Virus record (IMG/VR): IMGVR_UViG_3300037498_000121 | Span: 1 to 55,720 of that record | DNA length: 55,720 nucleotides | Origin: a virus | Taxonomy: Duplodnaviria; Caudoviricetes | Direction: 5' to 3' (one strand) | Shown here: positions 6,943 to 16,704 of the stretch, one piece after another | How the letters are laid out: each line of letters opens with the position of its first letter | Numbering within the stretch: position 1 is the stretch's first letter | Program-made: the position numbers and the translations under genes | Notes under the pieces: model-generated | Seen by the model: only the letters and a program-made list of their open reading frames with translations | Told to the model about the DNA's origin: nothing | Database searches by the model: none

Positions 6943-9227
6943 TCAGTTTCCTCCTGTGACACCAAGAGAAGTTTTTCTCCTGTAAGATTTTCGACCAGCC
7001 TCACAAGTTGTTCCATGTTGACTCGCTTGCGAATGCCAGTCTTGACGTTCTTGGAATTGAAAATCCACGTCCCGTCAATGTCGTGGGGGGAGATTTGATT
7101 TACGTTACCAGACCCATCCATGGTAAAGACTTCAGCGACTCCCCCAGACGTTTTGGTGAATACCCAACCAAAATTAGCGGACGTGCTAGGATTAGTAGTG
7201 ACAGCCCCCTTACCGACCAATTTTAGAAACGCCTGACAGTTGGTTGCTCCCCCATTACCAAGTGTCAACGTGCTTGGAGCATACCCAGCAGTAATCGTTC
7301 CATACAAAAGCATATGTCCATAAGAACTACCAGATCCAAAATAGTCTCCTCCATACCATCTGTAATCTGCTTCCGATGATGTATATTGTGTCATGGTGCA
7401 AAAAACCATCATTGCGCCCGCACCAATACCAATATCATCCATTCCAGCAAATGCCAGTCCAATATCCGATTTTTGCCCGATGTACCCACGCAAATTGCCT
7501 AATGCGGTGGTATCATGCGCTGGCCAGAATTCAATTAAAGCATCTTCCGTCTGATACGGATCAGCGCCCCCGAAAGAATCTCCACCCGATAGGCGAAGAT
7601 GCGGGCATGGGTAGCCATAGTCTACCTCTTCAGTCAACCCGGCATACCTGCCATGGGCATTACCAATAATGTGCATCTTAGGGATGGCAGTTACCGAATC
7701 ACCACCTTCGCGTATTCGGACTTCAACAGGGGTTGCCCCGCCATTCGGGAAATAGGACCAAACATCCGCCGAGGTTATTCTTTGGCGAGTTGCCCCATTG
7801 ATAATGGTATCCCAGTTTGTTGCGTTCCAATAGAACCTATCGTCACCCCCAAGATAAAGCGATCCACCCATGGCTTTGATATCGCCTTCGGCATAGATCA
7901 CATTATCCGCTGGTACTTCAGTCGCACTTCCAACGTAAAGGCCGTTCGCAACAGCCAGACCATCTGTGGATAACCGCAGCTTCTCAACGCCGCCGAGACT
8001 ATGGGCAATCTTGGTGATGGTTCCAGAATCGACTGCCCGGGTGATGGAAAACGCCGAGGCGAAGCTACTCCAGGCATCGTTCTGCGAGCCGAGCTGGAAA
8101 GTCTCGAAGCCGCCCACGTCCGCGATTCCGAATTGCCAGTTACGTTCCCCAGCTCCAGCCGCCGCACGACTCATCCGGATAGAGTCGCCCACAGTGAGAG
8201 AGCTGCCTAGGATGGATCCCAGTAAATCAATGTCACCGGCAAGGTAAAGATTAGCGTAGCGTTTGTCAGTCTTGCCTAAATCAACCGTATTGGTGGTCCC
8301 CGGCGACTGGGAAGTCGCATCCCAGTTGTGACTTGCTGATCCGATAGCTAGGGTGAGCGCATTTTCAGTGCGATCGTAGGTCAGGTGGTCATCGGTGTCG
8401 AATTGCCAGCGCTTGTTGGTGCCCCCGTCCAGAAAAAAGGTCGCATCCCCGAGCGCGAGGCGGTCCTCGGTCGGGGCGGCGTCAAAGCCGAGGTTCATCC
8501 CGCCGATGTCCCGCGCCCACCAGCGCCGGAGCCCGCGGCCCTTGATGTCTTCCAGGCACTGGCGGGTGGCTGCGCTGAATTTCTGGAAATCAGCTATCCC
8601 GTAGGTCTTCCGATCGGCGTTGCGGTCGTTTGCATCCCCACCACCGTCGGTCGACCAGCCGGAGGCATAGCTGCCATCTACGGGCCCCTCGAAGTAGAAG
8701 TCGCGCATGTCGACGATGGCCATGTCCGCGCGATTGACCGTGCCGATCTGGAGCCACTCATCCCCAGGACTCGTTGCCTCCACCCGCAGCGACCAGTTGG
8801 CCAGGTAGCGAGTAGCGATGGTCTCGGTGTACTCCGAGCCCAGGCCGGAAGCGTTCCAGAAAATGCGCGGCTGGAAGTTGCCCTCCACCTCCTCGAAGCG
8901 GACATAGACCCCGTAGACCCCGCTCGCGTAGGTGTTGATGTCGACGATCTTGGTCGCGTCGCCCTCGGTGGTCAGGATCCCGTAGTAGGTCGCCCCCGAC
9001 CGGGTTTCGGCGAGCAGTCCGCGGCCCTTGGCCACCTGTACCTGGGTGCCAGTCGGGCTGGTGATAGCGAAGCCCGAGAGCACCCACTTCCGCTCGCGGT
9101 CGGGTGAGCAGATGAGCTGGGAGAGCAGTTGGCGGTGGACGGCAAGCGTCTGGTCCCCGAGCGAGAACTGAAAATCAACCAGGTCCATCCGCTCGTTTCC
9201 TTCAACTCGTAGCCTGTCAGTAGCCAT
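6936..9227 (-). CDS. Tail fibre / receptor-binding protein
   Basis: 763 aa; baseplate-anchor-like N-terminus, Gly/Thr-rich fibre motifs (DLGKTDKRYANLYLAG, EKLRLSTDG), lower-GC C-terminal half. Confidence 0.75.
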   Translation of the reverse strand: MATDRLRVEGNERMDLVDFQFSLGDQTLAVHRQLLSQLICSPDRERKWVLSGFAITSPTGTQVQVAKGRGLLAETRSGATYYGILTTEGDATKIVDINTYASGVYGVYVRFEEVEGNFQPRIFWNASGLGSEYTETIATRYLANWSLRVEATSPGDEWLQIGTVNRADMAIVDMRDFYFEGPVDGSYASGWSTDGGGDANDRNADRKTYGIADFQKFSAATRQCLEDIKGRGLRRWWARDIGGMNLGFDAAPTEDRLALGDATFFLDGGTNKRWQFDTDDHLTYDRTENALTLAIGSASHNWDATSQSPGTTNTVDLGKTDKRYANLYLAGDIDLLGSILGSSLTVGDSIRMSRAAAGAGERNWQFGIADVGGFETFQLGSQNDAWSSFASAFSITRAVDSGTITKIAHSLGGVEKLRLSTDGLAVANGLYVGSATEVPADNVIYAEGDIKAMGGSLYLGGDDRFYWNATNWDTIINGATRQRITSADVWSYFPNGGATPVEVRIREGGDSVTAIPKMHIIGNAHGRYAGLTEEVDYGYPCPHLRLSGGDSFGGADPYQTEDALIEFWPAHDTTALGNLRGYIGQKSDIGLAFAGMDDIGIGAGAMMVFCTMTQYTSSEADYRWYGGDYFGSGSSYGHMLLYGTITAGYAPSTLTLGNGGATNCQAFLKLVGKGAVTTNPSTSANFGWVFTKTSGGVAEVFTMDGSGNVNQISPHDIDGTWIFNSKNVKTGIRKRVNMEQLVRLVENLTGEKLLLVSQEETEC

Positions 9228-12200
9228 AAAGCTCGCCTCCTATGAAGTATTCGGGCACCACGCCAGCAGCGGTAAGTTGATCCACAAACGGTCTTAACAT
9301 ACCCAAGGGGTCTACGATAAACCACGGGTAATAGGAGTAGGTCGGCGGAGGCCCCTCGGAGTTGACCCGGGTGATGCAACTCTGTGCGGGGAGCATCTGG
9401 GAAGCATGTTCGTCGATCGCCAAGATCTCCATGACCAGATCGTTCGCCCAGAGCGGCTCGCGCAGGGTCAGCACCGTTCCAGAAAAACTCCCCGCCCCGT
9501 TCTGCTCGAACAGAAGTCCCGACTCCGTGACAAAATTCGGGAGCAGCTCCCAGGTCAGCCCGACCTCGTTCGCGAACGTAGCCGCGGATACCTGGCAAGT
9601 CCGGGCCCGCTTCGTTCCAGAAAAATACTCGGTGGCGTAGTCGGCCCCGGTATCCGGGTTGAAGAGATTGGTGATCAGGTAAGTTCCGTTCTTCCCAGCG
9701 TTCGAACCGGAAATCACAATGCTCTTGCCCAGGTCGTCCGGGTAGGTGAATGACCCCCGGCCATCTGTCCAGGGGATGGTAATCCGGGTCGGCGTGCCCG
9801 AGCTGGTCTGGGCGTCTGCCCGCACGATCCCGCGCAGGGTCACCGCGGTCGGGCTCACGTAGGTGGCAATTCGCCACCGTCCGTTGTTGTTTCCACCCTG
9901 GCTGTTGACCGCGACCGACCCGTAGGTGCGCAGCGGCTTGCCCACGTCGCCGGCCAGAAAAGCGTGAGTCGCCCCGCCGATGTCGAGCTGCACGGGGTTG
10001 GCTGTGAGCACCGCGCCGTCTACCCCTCGGCCGCTCCAGTAGTCGGTCGGGGTCTGGATGTTCGCCCGCAGTTGTTTCACCCACAGCGCCATTCCAGAAT
10101 TCGGAGCGCCGCGAATCCCCAGCTCGACCTGGTGGTCGGTGGTCGGGGCCCCGGAGAAGACGGAGTAGGCCACCCGGGAGATGGACTGCCCATTGAGACA
10201 CAGCTCTACCCAGGCCCCCGTCTTCTTCACCTCGACGGTATAATAGGTGTTTCTGGATAGAGTCACGGTCGCGCCCAGAAGCCCGCCGCCAGAGGTAGCG
10301 AACAACCCGAAGGCAAGGTCGCTCCCGAGCCCGGCGGAGATCCGGAAGGCGCCGTCGAACACCGCGAGCGAGGCTTGCTCCAGCTCCCCGACCTTCAGGC
10401 TGGCCGCCGTAGGGATAGCCAGGAGCATGGCTACCACCCAGTCCGACTCGGCGGTGAGGCGCGCTCCCTGGGTGTCGAGCATGCGGTAGTAGACCGTCCC
10501 CGCGCTCCCAGCGGCGAGCTTGGTCTGGCCGGCTTCCACGGTGACCGAAGCTCCCTCGCTGAGCGCTCCCGCGTAGGTGAAGGCGCCGGCCGGGGTGATC
10601 CCCGGGTAGTAGGGGTAGACCACGTCGCTCGGTCGCACCGTGCGGAAGTCGAAGATCTCCTGCAGCGGCTTGAGCTGCACCCCATAAACAAAGAGTGGGG
10701 TCGCTGATAGGTCCAGTGTCTCGGCGGTGCCCCGCAGCGCATCCCAGTACAGCTCGGTCAGCCAGGCCTTGCCGGATCCCTTCTGCGCCGAGTGGATGAG
10801 CGCATCCCCCGTGAGCCGCACGAACACCTGGCAGGGGTACCGGATGAGATCCTCGTAGATCTCGAAGTTGCCCGCGCCAGCCATGCCCGTGAGCGCCAGC
10901 TCCAGGCCAAGTACCGATCCCTTCGGGTTGTAGGCTACCCCGCGGATGACTTCCCGGTAGACATCGTCATCGGTGAAGACCGGGTGCCGGATGAGCCCGA
11001 AGTTCCGACCGATGACGTTCAGATCTTCGCCGTCGGCGTAGTTGATCAGCAACGCGCGGCGGAGCTTCTCCATGAAACTGCGCTCACGGCTGATGTCAGT
11101 GACCTCGGCTTCGACGTGGTGGATCATCGCCGCCCCGTCAGTCGCCTCTCCCGCGCGGATGTGCTGGATGCCCGTAAACGAGGTAGCGGTCTTTCCAGTA
11201 TAGGTGTAGGGCACCCCTTCTACCGCGCAGCGCCCAACGTCCGGCCAACCCTCGGTGGTCTCGACCATGAACGTCGTGGCCCCTTCCAGAATTGGGGTGA
11301 TGAGCCGGGTAGAAACCAGTCCGGCCATCTCGGTGCAGGCCTCCCCGATAGCGCCGGTGATGGCCTCGATGAGCCCCTGGTCCTGCGGGTGGGCAGCATC
11401 AGAGCCGGTAGGCGAGTAGCCGATGAACTCGTAGGTGCAATGGGCTGGGTCGATGGGTCCGCCGGCGAGATCAGTCACCCCGGAAACCACCACCTCGTAG
11501 GGAGCTTCGGGGGTCTGTTGGTTGGTACGCACCACGTACTGATGCAGCACCACGTTGTACAGGTAGGCCCCGGAGATGACCAGCCCGTCGATTTCATAGC
11601 TGTCACCGTCATCAGCCCCGAGTACGGCCTCAGAGAATTGCACCAGGACCCGGAAGAGCCCCGTCGACCGCGCATCGGTAAGCCACGGCATCTCCCCCAG
11701 ACCGATGAACTCGAACTCCCGGGCAGTCGGGTTTATCGTGCGCAGATCGAAGGACTGGACGGTCGCGGCAACCACCGCGGTGTAGAGTTCCCCGGCAGTC
11801 CCTTCCCCGTCTAGCTGGATGTCGACGATGGTGGGGTTGGCTTGCACCAACGTGACCAAAACCGCAGAGACTCCGTGAGCGAGCGTCTCGAAGGTCCAGT
11901 TGGAAGCCTTGAGCACGTCGGTCGAGTCGTCTTCTCCCAGCCGCATCTCCTGGTCGAAGGTTGCCTGCACCTTATCTTTGGCCGTCGCCACAACCAGGGA
12001 AAGTGTTGCCCGGTCCGGATCCAGAACGGTCACGCTACCGGTCACTGCTTCAGAGTACTCGTGATAGATGTTGGCGGCGAAAACCGAATAGTAGTAGAGC
12101 TGCGGATCCAGATCGTCGTCGAGAAAGCCCGTCCCCGTTCCTTGGTACGCCAGATCCCCGCTGCTGGGAGAAGCGGGGTACGCAGTAATCGAGCGGCGCA

Positions 12201-13122
12201 CGACCACTTCCAGAAATTCAGCGGATACCGGGTTGACCCAAGCGAGCGTAGCCTGGCGGTACTCGGGGCCAACGGTGACCGACAAATCTGTGACCGGCAA
12301 GAAGTAGAGGCCTGGCTCCAGCAAGGCCAGGCTGCGCATGTCCTCGACCCCGCTCCCACCGAGCGAGAACAGCGTGGGAGCTAGCACCTCGTCGTAGTGG
12401 ACTGGGTAGCCCGTGTGGTAGAGGAAGCGCGCCTCTTCAGCGGTCCAGGCACGGTTGGCGACGGCGATCTCGTCGATCTTGCCGTTGGCTTGTTGTGCCC
12501 GCTGATTGGTCCCGAAATAGTCCCAAGGAATAGCGCCGATCAATGTCGGGATGGTGCTGATCCTGGGTGCGCCGACGATTCCAGAATTGGATCCGATCAG
12601 GTACCCGTTCTTGTAGACTGCCACCGCGGTGCTGCCGGTGCCGGGGTTGTAATCGACTGTAAAAGTCCAATGGACCCAGGCCCCGTTGGTCAACGCAAAC
12701 GAGACATCGAGAGAGCCGGCATCCCCCCAGTAGCGGAACAGGATATTTCCGCTACCCCCGGAAGGTTGCTGGATGAGAAACCGACTCTCCCCATGGAAGT
12801 CTGAGCCGTTCCAACTGGCCTGAGAAGCGTGCACCGAATAGGCGGTTACGCTGTTGAGATTGGCCCAGTAAGACAGGGAAAAACTCTGGGCGCTGGCGAG
12901 TAGCTGGCCAAGGTTCAGTGCCTGGCAGGTACCGATAGCATCTTGGGGGTCTCCGTTACCATCAAGGGCGATGCAGTTGCGGAGCGCGCCAGTGACCGTG
13001 CTGATCGTCTTCTCCGCAGTCCCGTTGTTGCTCCCGTGGCTGTCGGTGACGTTGCCTTCTAGCTTGTAGTAGGCAATCAGACTGGAGAGGAGCGCGGCAT
13101 TTGCCTGAATGGTGGAGGCCAT
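9217..13122 (-). CDS. Large baseplate wedge / tail-associated protein with N-terminal LamG and FN3/Ig-like domains
   Basis: 1301 aa; LamG (LIAYYKLEGN...GKIDEIAV), FN3-like (LYYYSVFAAN), wedge-like ADGEDLNVIGRNFGLIR...DDDVYRE. Confidence 0.75.
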   Translation of the reverse strand: MASTIQANAALLSSLIAYYKLEGNVTDSHGSNNGTAEKTISTVTGALRNCIALDGNGDPQDAIGTCQALNLGQLLASAQSFSLSYWANLNSVTAYSVHASQASWNGSDFHGESRFLIQQPSGGSGNILFRYWGDAGSLDVSFALTNGAWVHWTFTVDYNPGTGSTAVAVYKNGYLIGSNSGIVGAPRISTIPTLIGAIPWDYFGTNQRAQQANGKIDEIAVANRAWTAEEARFLYHTGYPVHYDEVLAPTLFSLGGSGVEDMRSLALLEPGLYFLPVTDLSVTVGPEYRQATLAWVNPVSAEFLEVVVRRSITAYPASPSSGDLAYQGTGTGFLDDDLDPQLYYYSVFAANIYHEYSEAVTGSVTVLDPDRATLSLVVATAKDKVQATFDQEMRLGEDDSTDVLKASNWTFETLAHGVSAVLVTLVQANPTIVDIQLDGEGTAGELYTAVVAATVQSFDLRTINPTAREFEFIGLGEMPWLTDARSTGLFRVLVQFSEAVLGADDGDSYEIDGLVISGAYLYNVVLHQYVVRTNQQTPEAPYEVVVSGVTDLAGGPIDPAHCTYEFIGYSPTGSDAAHPQDQGLIEAITGAIGEACTEMAGLVSTRLITPILEGATTFMVETTEGWPDVGRCAVEGVPYTYTGKTATSFTGIQHIRAGEATDGAAMIHHVEAEVTDISRERSFMEKLRRALLINYADGEDLNVIGRNFGLIRHPVFTDDDVYREVIRGVAYNPKGSVLGLELALTGMAGAGNFEIYEDLIRYPCQVFVRLTGDALIHSAQKGSGKAWLTELYWDALRGTAETLDLSATPLFVYGVQLKPLQEIFDFRTVRPSDVVYPYYPGITPAGAFTYAGALSEGASVTVEAGQTKLAAGSAGTVYYRMLDTQGARLTAESDWVVAMLLAIPTAASLKVGELEQASLAVFDGAFRISAGLGSDLAFGLFATSGGGLLGATVTLSRNTYYTVEVKKTGAWVELCLNGQSISRVAYSVFSGAPTTDHQVELGIRGAPNSGMALWVKQLRANIQTPTDYWSGRGVDGAVLTANPVQLDIGGATHAFLAGDVGKPLRTYGSVAVNSQGGNNNGRWRIATYVSPTAVTLRGIVRADAQTSSGTPTRITIPWTDGRGSFTYPDDLGKSIVISGSNAGKNGTYLITNLFNPDTGADYATEYFSGTKRARTCQVSAATFANEVGLTWELLPNFVTESGLLFEQNGAGSFSGTVLTLREPLWANDLVMEILAIDEHASQMLPAQSCITRVNSEGPPPTYSYYPWFIVDPLGMLRPFVDQLTAAGVVPEYFIGGELYGY

Positions 13123-13125
13123 CGA

Positions 13126-14109
13126 TCAGCTTCTCCTCTTGATGTAAACCCCGGCGCCCATTCCGACGTGCTTTTCATGCTGCGGGTGCGTAGAGCGGAT
13201 AAGCGTATTCACATCGGGATCGGTTTTCAGCATCGCTTGCTGCAATCCTGCGTTGGCTAGCCAGGGGGCCTCGTCCGCGCACTTTCTTCCGATCTGGAAC
13301 AACTCGGTCACATCCCGGGCGTGGTCGGTCGGGTGGTCGATCCGGTAGTAGTCTTTCCCGGCTAGGAGAACCCCATCGGCCGCAAGGCTCGAAAGCGCGT
13401 CGGCACCATTTAGCACTAGGTCTGAGGCCAGCACCTCGTTGTACCGTAAGGGGTAGCCTGAGTGGTTGAGGTCCAACAGCTCTGCATAGCTCAGCGCCCT
13501 ACTGTGCACCGCAACCTCATCCACCTTCCCGTCCAAGAACCGCAAGCGCCCAGTCGGGAGCGGCGCCTGCGTTTGCGCGCCCAGAAGCATCGGGACCGAA
13601 GCCCCCGTCGCGATGGCCCCGCCGTACGCATGCGTTTTGAAGTACACCACCCGGTCCACCCAGAGTTGCAATAGGGCTGTCGCGCTATCGTAGACGATGG
13701 CCACATGGTGCCAATTGGTATCTACCGTGCCCTCTTCTAGCCAGTCACCCCCGGTAGTGTAGCAGCCGCAATGCCATTTCCCATTGGCGATCATCAGCCA
13801 CCACCCTTCATTGAGTGGGGTGTCTTCGCTTCGGTGACACGCGATGACGCGCGATCCGGTCGTGGTGTCGAGCTTCACCCAAGCCGCGCAAGTGATGCTG
13901 GCTGGGTTCAGCAATGCGCTGGTGCCCAAGCTGATGCACTGGGAAGTGCCGTTCAAGTCTACGCAACTGCGCAGCAACCCGGACGGGTAAGTGGGCGTTC
14001 CTTCGGCGGTGCCGTTGAGCGCGTTGGTGTGGGCGTCATTGGCGTTGCCGTCGAGCTTGTAGTAGGCAACCAAGTTGGTTAGCAACGTAGGGTGGGTGAT
14101 TATGTCCAT
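13126..14109 (-). CDS. LamG / concanavalin A-like domain virion protein
   Basis: LVAYYKLDGNAND, ITCAAWVK, WHHVAIVYD, FLDGKVDEVAVHSRALS. Confidence 0.85.
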   Translation of the reverse strand: MDIITHPTLLTNLVAYYKLDGNANDAHTNALNGTAEGTPTYPSGLLRSCVDLNGTSQCISLGTSALLNPASITCAAWVKLDTTTGSRVIACHRSEDTPLNEGWWLMIANGKWHCGCYTTGGDWLEEGTVDTNWHHVAIVYDSATALLQLWVDRVVYFKTHAYGGAIATGASVPMLLGAQTQAPLPTGRLRFLDGKVDEVAVHSRALSYAELLDLNHSGYPLRYNEVLASDLVLNGADALSSLAADGVLLAGKDYYRIDHPTDHARDVTELFQIGRKCADEAPWLANAGLQQAMLKTDPDVNTLIRSTHPQHEKHVGMGAGVYIKRRS

Positions 14110-14150
14110 TGCTCAGCGCCTCCCGGCTAGGGTTTTTCTGGAAAACTCTC

Positions 14151-16016
14151 CTAGTCGGTCTCGGGCCCCATGGCAACCCACATTGCACTGTCAGAACAGT
14201 AAAACAGTCGGAAGGTCTGATAGGCTCCCTGGAACATGACCTTGATGATGTCCTCGTTGAGGGCGTTCCAGACATTGGAGACGTATCGCACGTCGCGGAC
14301 GTACCCGGGCCTTCGATTGGCGTCGCTCCCCAGATGGCGGTAATCGGTAAAGCCATTCTGGCTGGATTCCCGTAGACACATCGGGAGCAGAAATTGTGAT
14401 CCGGTAAAGGCTTCGGGATGCGCATTCGGTCCGGTAATCCGATCTGCCAGATTTTCCAGACTAAAATCTCCGTGCGCGAAATCCGCTTGCCAAGGTTTGG
14501 CTACGCCATTCGGCTGAAAGTTGAGATTGGAAGTGCACCGCCAACGAATTCGGTGCACTGGGTTGTACGGCATGGTGAAGACCCGCTCGTTGCGGCCTTG
14601 ATGCCAGACGCACGCGCTTCCATTCCCACCGAATTGCACCCAGTTCTCAGCGAAGGCAGCTCCAGCTGTAGGGCCCACGTGGCAACGAATGCACTCTCCG
14701 ATGAGCGCCCCAGCCAAGTAGCTGTAGCAGGTGCCGGTGAAAAGGGTAAGCACGTTGGTGCCCAAGTTCACGTCGGTGACCAGCACGTACTCGAACGGTG
14801 CCTCGTCTCCATCCAGATTCGGCCAGCTGTTGGTGCTGCCTCCCCCGGGAGCCCCCATGTACGGGTTGGATACCTGGTTACGGTTGTTGTGCCAGTCAGT
14901 GCCCGGCGTTCCAGAAAGCAGCATGTACCGGCCGCCCTGGGTGAAGAGCCCAGCATCGGCCACTTTGATCTGGGTCGCGCCGGCGGCAATGTTACCATCG
15001 GAAATTGAGGCGGCTGTGGTGGACACCGTGTTCCCGTACGGCTGGAAGAGGCCAATGTAGTTCACGATGTAGTTGTTGTTTCCCATCATCACGACAACCG
15101 CCACCCCATCTTTAGATCCGTAGAACCAGCAATCCTTGGGGCTAGCGATGAAGGCATAGCGTAGGCAAGGGACGCGTTGGGGCGAACTGGCACCGAGCGT
15201 CTGATGACGGCTCCCCTGCGGGTGCATGGCCGGGGAAATGATGGAGATGTGCTGCGCACCAGGAGCGGTATAGAAGGGGCTGTACGCTGAAAGCCGTAGC
15301 TTGCCCGTGGCTTCGCAAGTCTGGGTCGTGATGAAGCGCATCCGCCCGTCAGCAGCCTTCACTAGGGTGCAGTTGTCGATCTTGTAATCGTCGTAGGTGG
15401 TGTGCAGGTCCGTGGAATCCGTAGTGATGTCAGTGGTGCAAGTATTCGTGCCAATCAACCAGTCAATGGTGCCGGTGCTCGACATGAGCGGGTTGACCAG
15501 ATCTCTTACGCCGGCGATAGTCAGTGCGGGCGCGCAATTGGTGATGCGCAGCGCCACATCCCCAGCATCGTGGGCCACAGCGGTGGTCCCGTACATCCCG
15601 CGCACGCAAGAGGTCAGCGTGGCGCCAGCTATGCCGACTTGGATCAGCTCATCGGCAATCTGGATCATGTCCCCGCTGAGAAGGTTAGAGATCGTAGTAA
15701 CCAACGCGATCGAGGTGTCCGTGGACAGTATCCCTGAAGACAGGTAGGCCAGGTCCCCATGCCAGCGTCGGGTGTTTCCAGTACTCCAGGTACCGATGTG
15801 CAACGGGATGTTTTGGTTGCCGTCCTCTCCATTGGATTTCAGGAACCAACCCAAGATGAAGGCGTGCTTGTCTTCCTGGGCGGTGCGGGCGGGAAGATCC
15901 TTGGTCGGGCTGTTTGGATCATGAATCCAACCGCAATCGGTGACCATGAAATCCACGAGCTTCTTGCAAAAGTCCGCGGTGGAATTACACAGGACGTGTT
16001 TGCCTTTGAAGGCCAT
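14151..16016 (-). CDS. Putative tail/baseplate-associated structural protein, 621 aa
   Basis: Long ORF with GGAG RBS; contains the fibre-type motif IQIADELI...CVRGMYGTTAVAHDAG. Confidence 0.7.
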   Translation of the reverse strand: MAFKGKHVLCNSTADFCKKLVDFMVTDCGWIHDPNSPTKDLPARTAQEDKHAFILGWFLKSNGEDGNQNIPLHIGTWSTGNTRRWHGDLAYLSSGILSTDTSIALVTTISNLLSGDMIQIADELIQVGIAGATLTSCVRGMYGTTAVAHDAGDVALRITNCAPALTIAGVRDLVNPLMSSTGTIDWLIGTNTCTTDITTDSTDLHTTYDDYKIDNCTLVKAADGRMRFITTQTCEATGKLRLSAYSPFYTAPGAQHISIISPAMHPQGSRHQTLGASSPQRVPCLRYAFIASPKDCWFYGSKDGVAVVVMMGNNNYIVNYIGLFQPYGNTVSTTAASISDGNIAAGATQIKVADAGLFTQGGRYMLLSGTPGTDWHNNRNQVSNPYMGAPGGGSTNSWPNLDGDEAPFEYVLVTDVNLGTNVLTLFTGTCYSYLAGALIGECIRCHVGPTAGAAFAENWVQFGGNGSACVWHQGRNERVFTMPYNPVHRIRWRCTSNLNFQPNGVAKPWQADFAHGDFSLENLADRITGPNAHPEAFTGSQFLLPMCLRESSQNGFTDYRHLGSDANRRPGYVRDVRYVSNVWNALNEDIIKVMFQGAYQTFRLFYCSDSAMWVAMGPETD

Positions 16017-16019
16017 GGC

Positions 16020-16256
16020 TTACTCCTCTCCGAGCGCGTTGACCTGGACGGTCGCAGCGGCGATCAGATCGTGAAGAAACTCTCCCTCGGCGTTCTCGAC
16101 GTAGACCGCCTTGGCCAGCGCGGTGAAGTCGAGCGGGACGGCGAGCTGCGCGGAGCCCCGCGAGGTCTCCACGAAGACATTGGCGTGGGTAGGCGCTGGC
16201 GCGTCTGCCACTACCCGCGGAAAGCTGATGCTGAAAGAGTGGATGTCGATTGCCAT
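16020..16256 (-). CDS. Hypothetical protein, 78 aa
   Basis: Fills the operon gap; ATG with a purine-rich RBS. Confidence 0.7.
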   Translation of the reverse strand: MAIDIHSFSISFPRVVADAPAPTHANVFVETSRGSAQLAVPLDFTALAKAVYVENAEGEFLHDLIAAATVQVNALGEE

Positions 16257-16278
16257 GGTCGAGCCCTTTCCAGAAAAT

Positions 16279-16695
16279 CTAGTTCGATTTTTCTAACCAA
16301 GTATCCCGTGCCCCGGTCAAATAATGCAACGGCAAAACGCGCCGGATGGCGTAGGTCTGATCGTGGAATAACCGCAAGTAGACATTGACCACCTCGACCA
16401 GCACGTCCTGCTCTGCTGTTTCCAGATCGGTCACCACCACCGAGTAGGGCAAGCCCACTTCATCGCTCGGGTAAAGATAGGGGGAATACGCTCTCAAGAT
16501 ACCCGCCGTGAACGGGTACAACACAGTGCCCTGCCCCGGAACCCCGCTGTAAAACTTCGGGTCGATCGACATCATCGTATTGCCGATCTGCGCGCGGTAG
16601 CGATGCCCGTGCACGAAAGTTCCAGAAATTTCGACCAACACCCCACCACCGCCGGAAAGGTTGAGGGGAGAAAATGCACTGAGTGAAAGCGCCAT
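16279..16695 (-). CDS. Hypothetical baseplate-region protein (IPT/Ig-like), 138 aa
   Basis: GGAGG RBS; FSPLNLSGGGGVLVEISGTF resembles an IPT/TIG start. Confidence 0.65.
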   Translation of the reverse strand: MALSLSAFSPLNLSGGGGVLVEISGTFVHGHRYRAQIGNTMMSIDPKFYSGVPGQGTVLYPFTAGILRAYSPYLYPSDEVGLPYSVVVTDLETAEQDVLVEVVNVYLRLFHDQTYAIRRVLPLHYLTGARDTWLEKSN

Positions 16696-16704
16696 CGCCG
16701 CCTC

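Noticed and set aside
8972-10201. 409-aa alternative-frame minus-strand ORF (likewise 26309-27376 and 37607-38533)
   Set aside because: Arg/Gly/Pro-rich off-frame translations within well-supported genes.
6936-16016. Diversity-generating retroelement or invertible fibre cassette
   Set aside because: No reverse transcriptase, invertase, near-identical TR/VR pair or inverted gene seen in the window.
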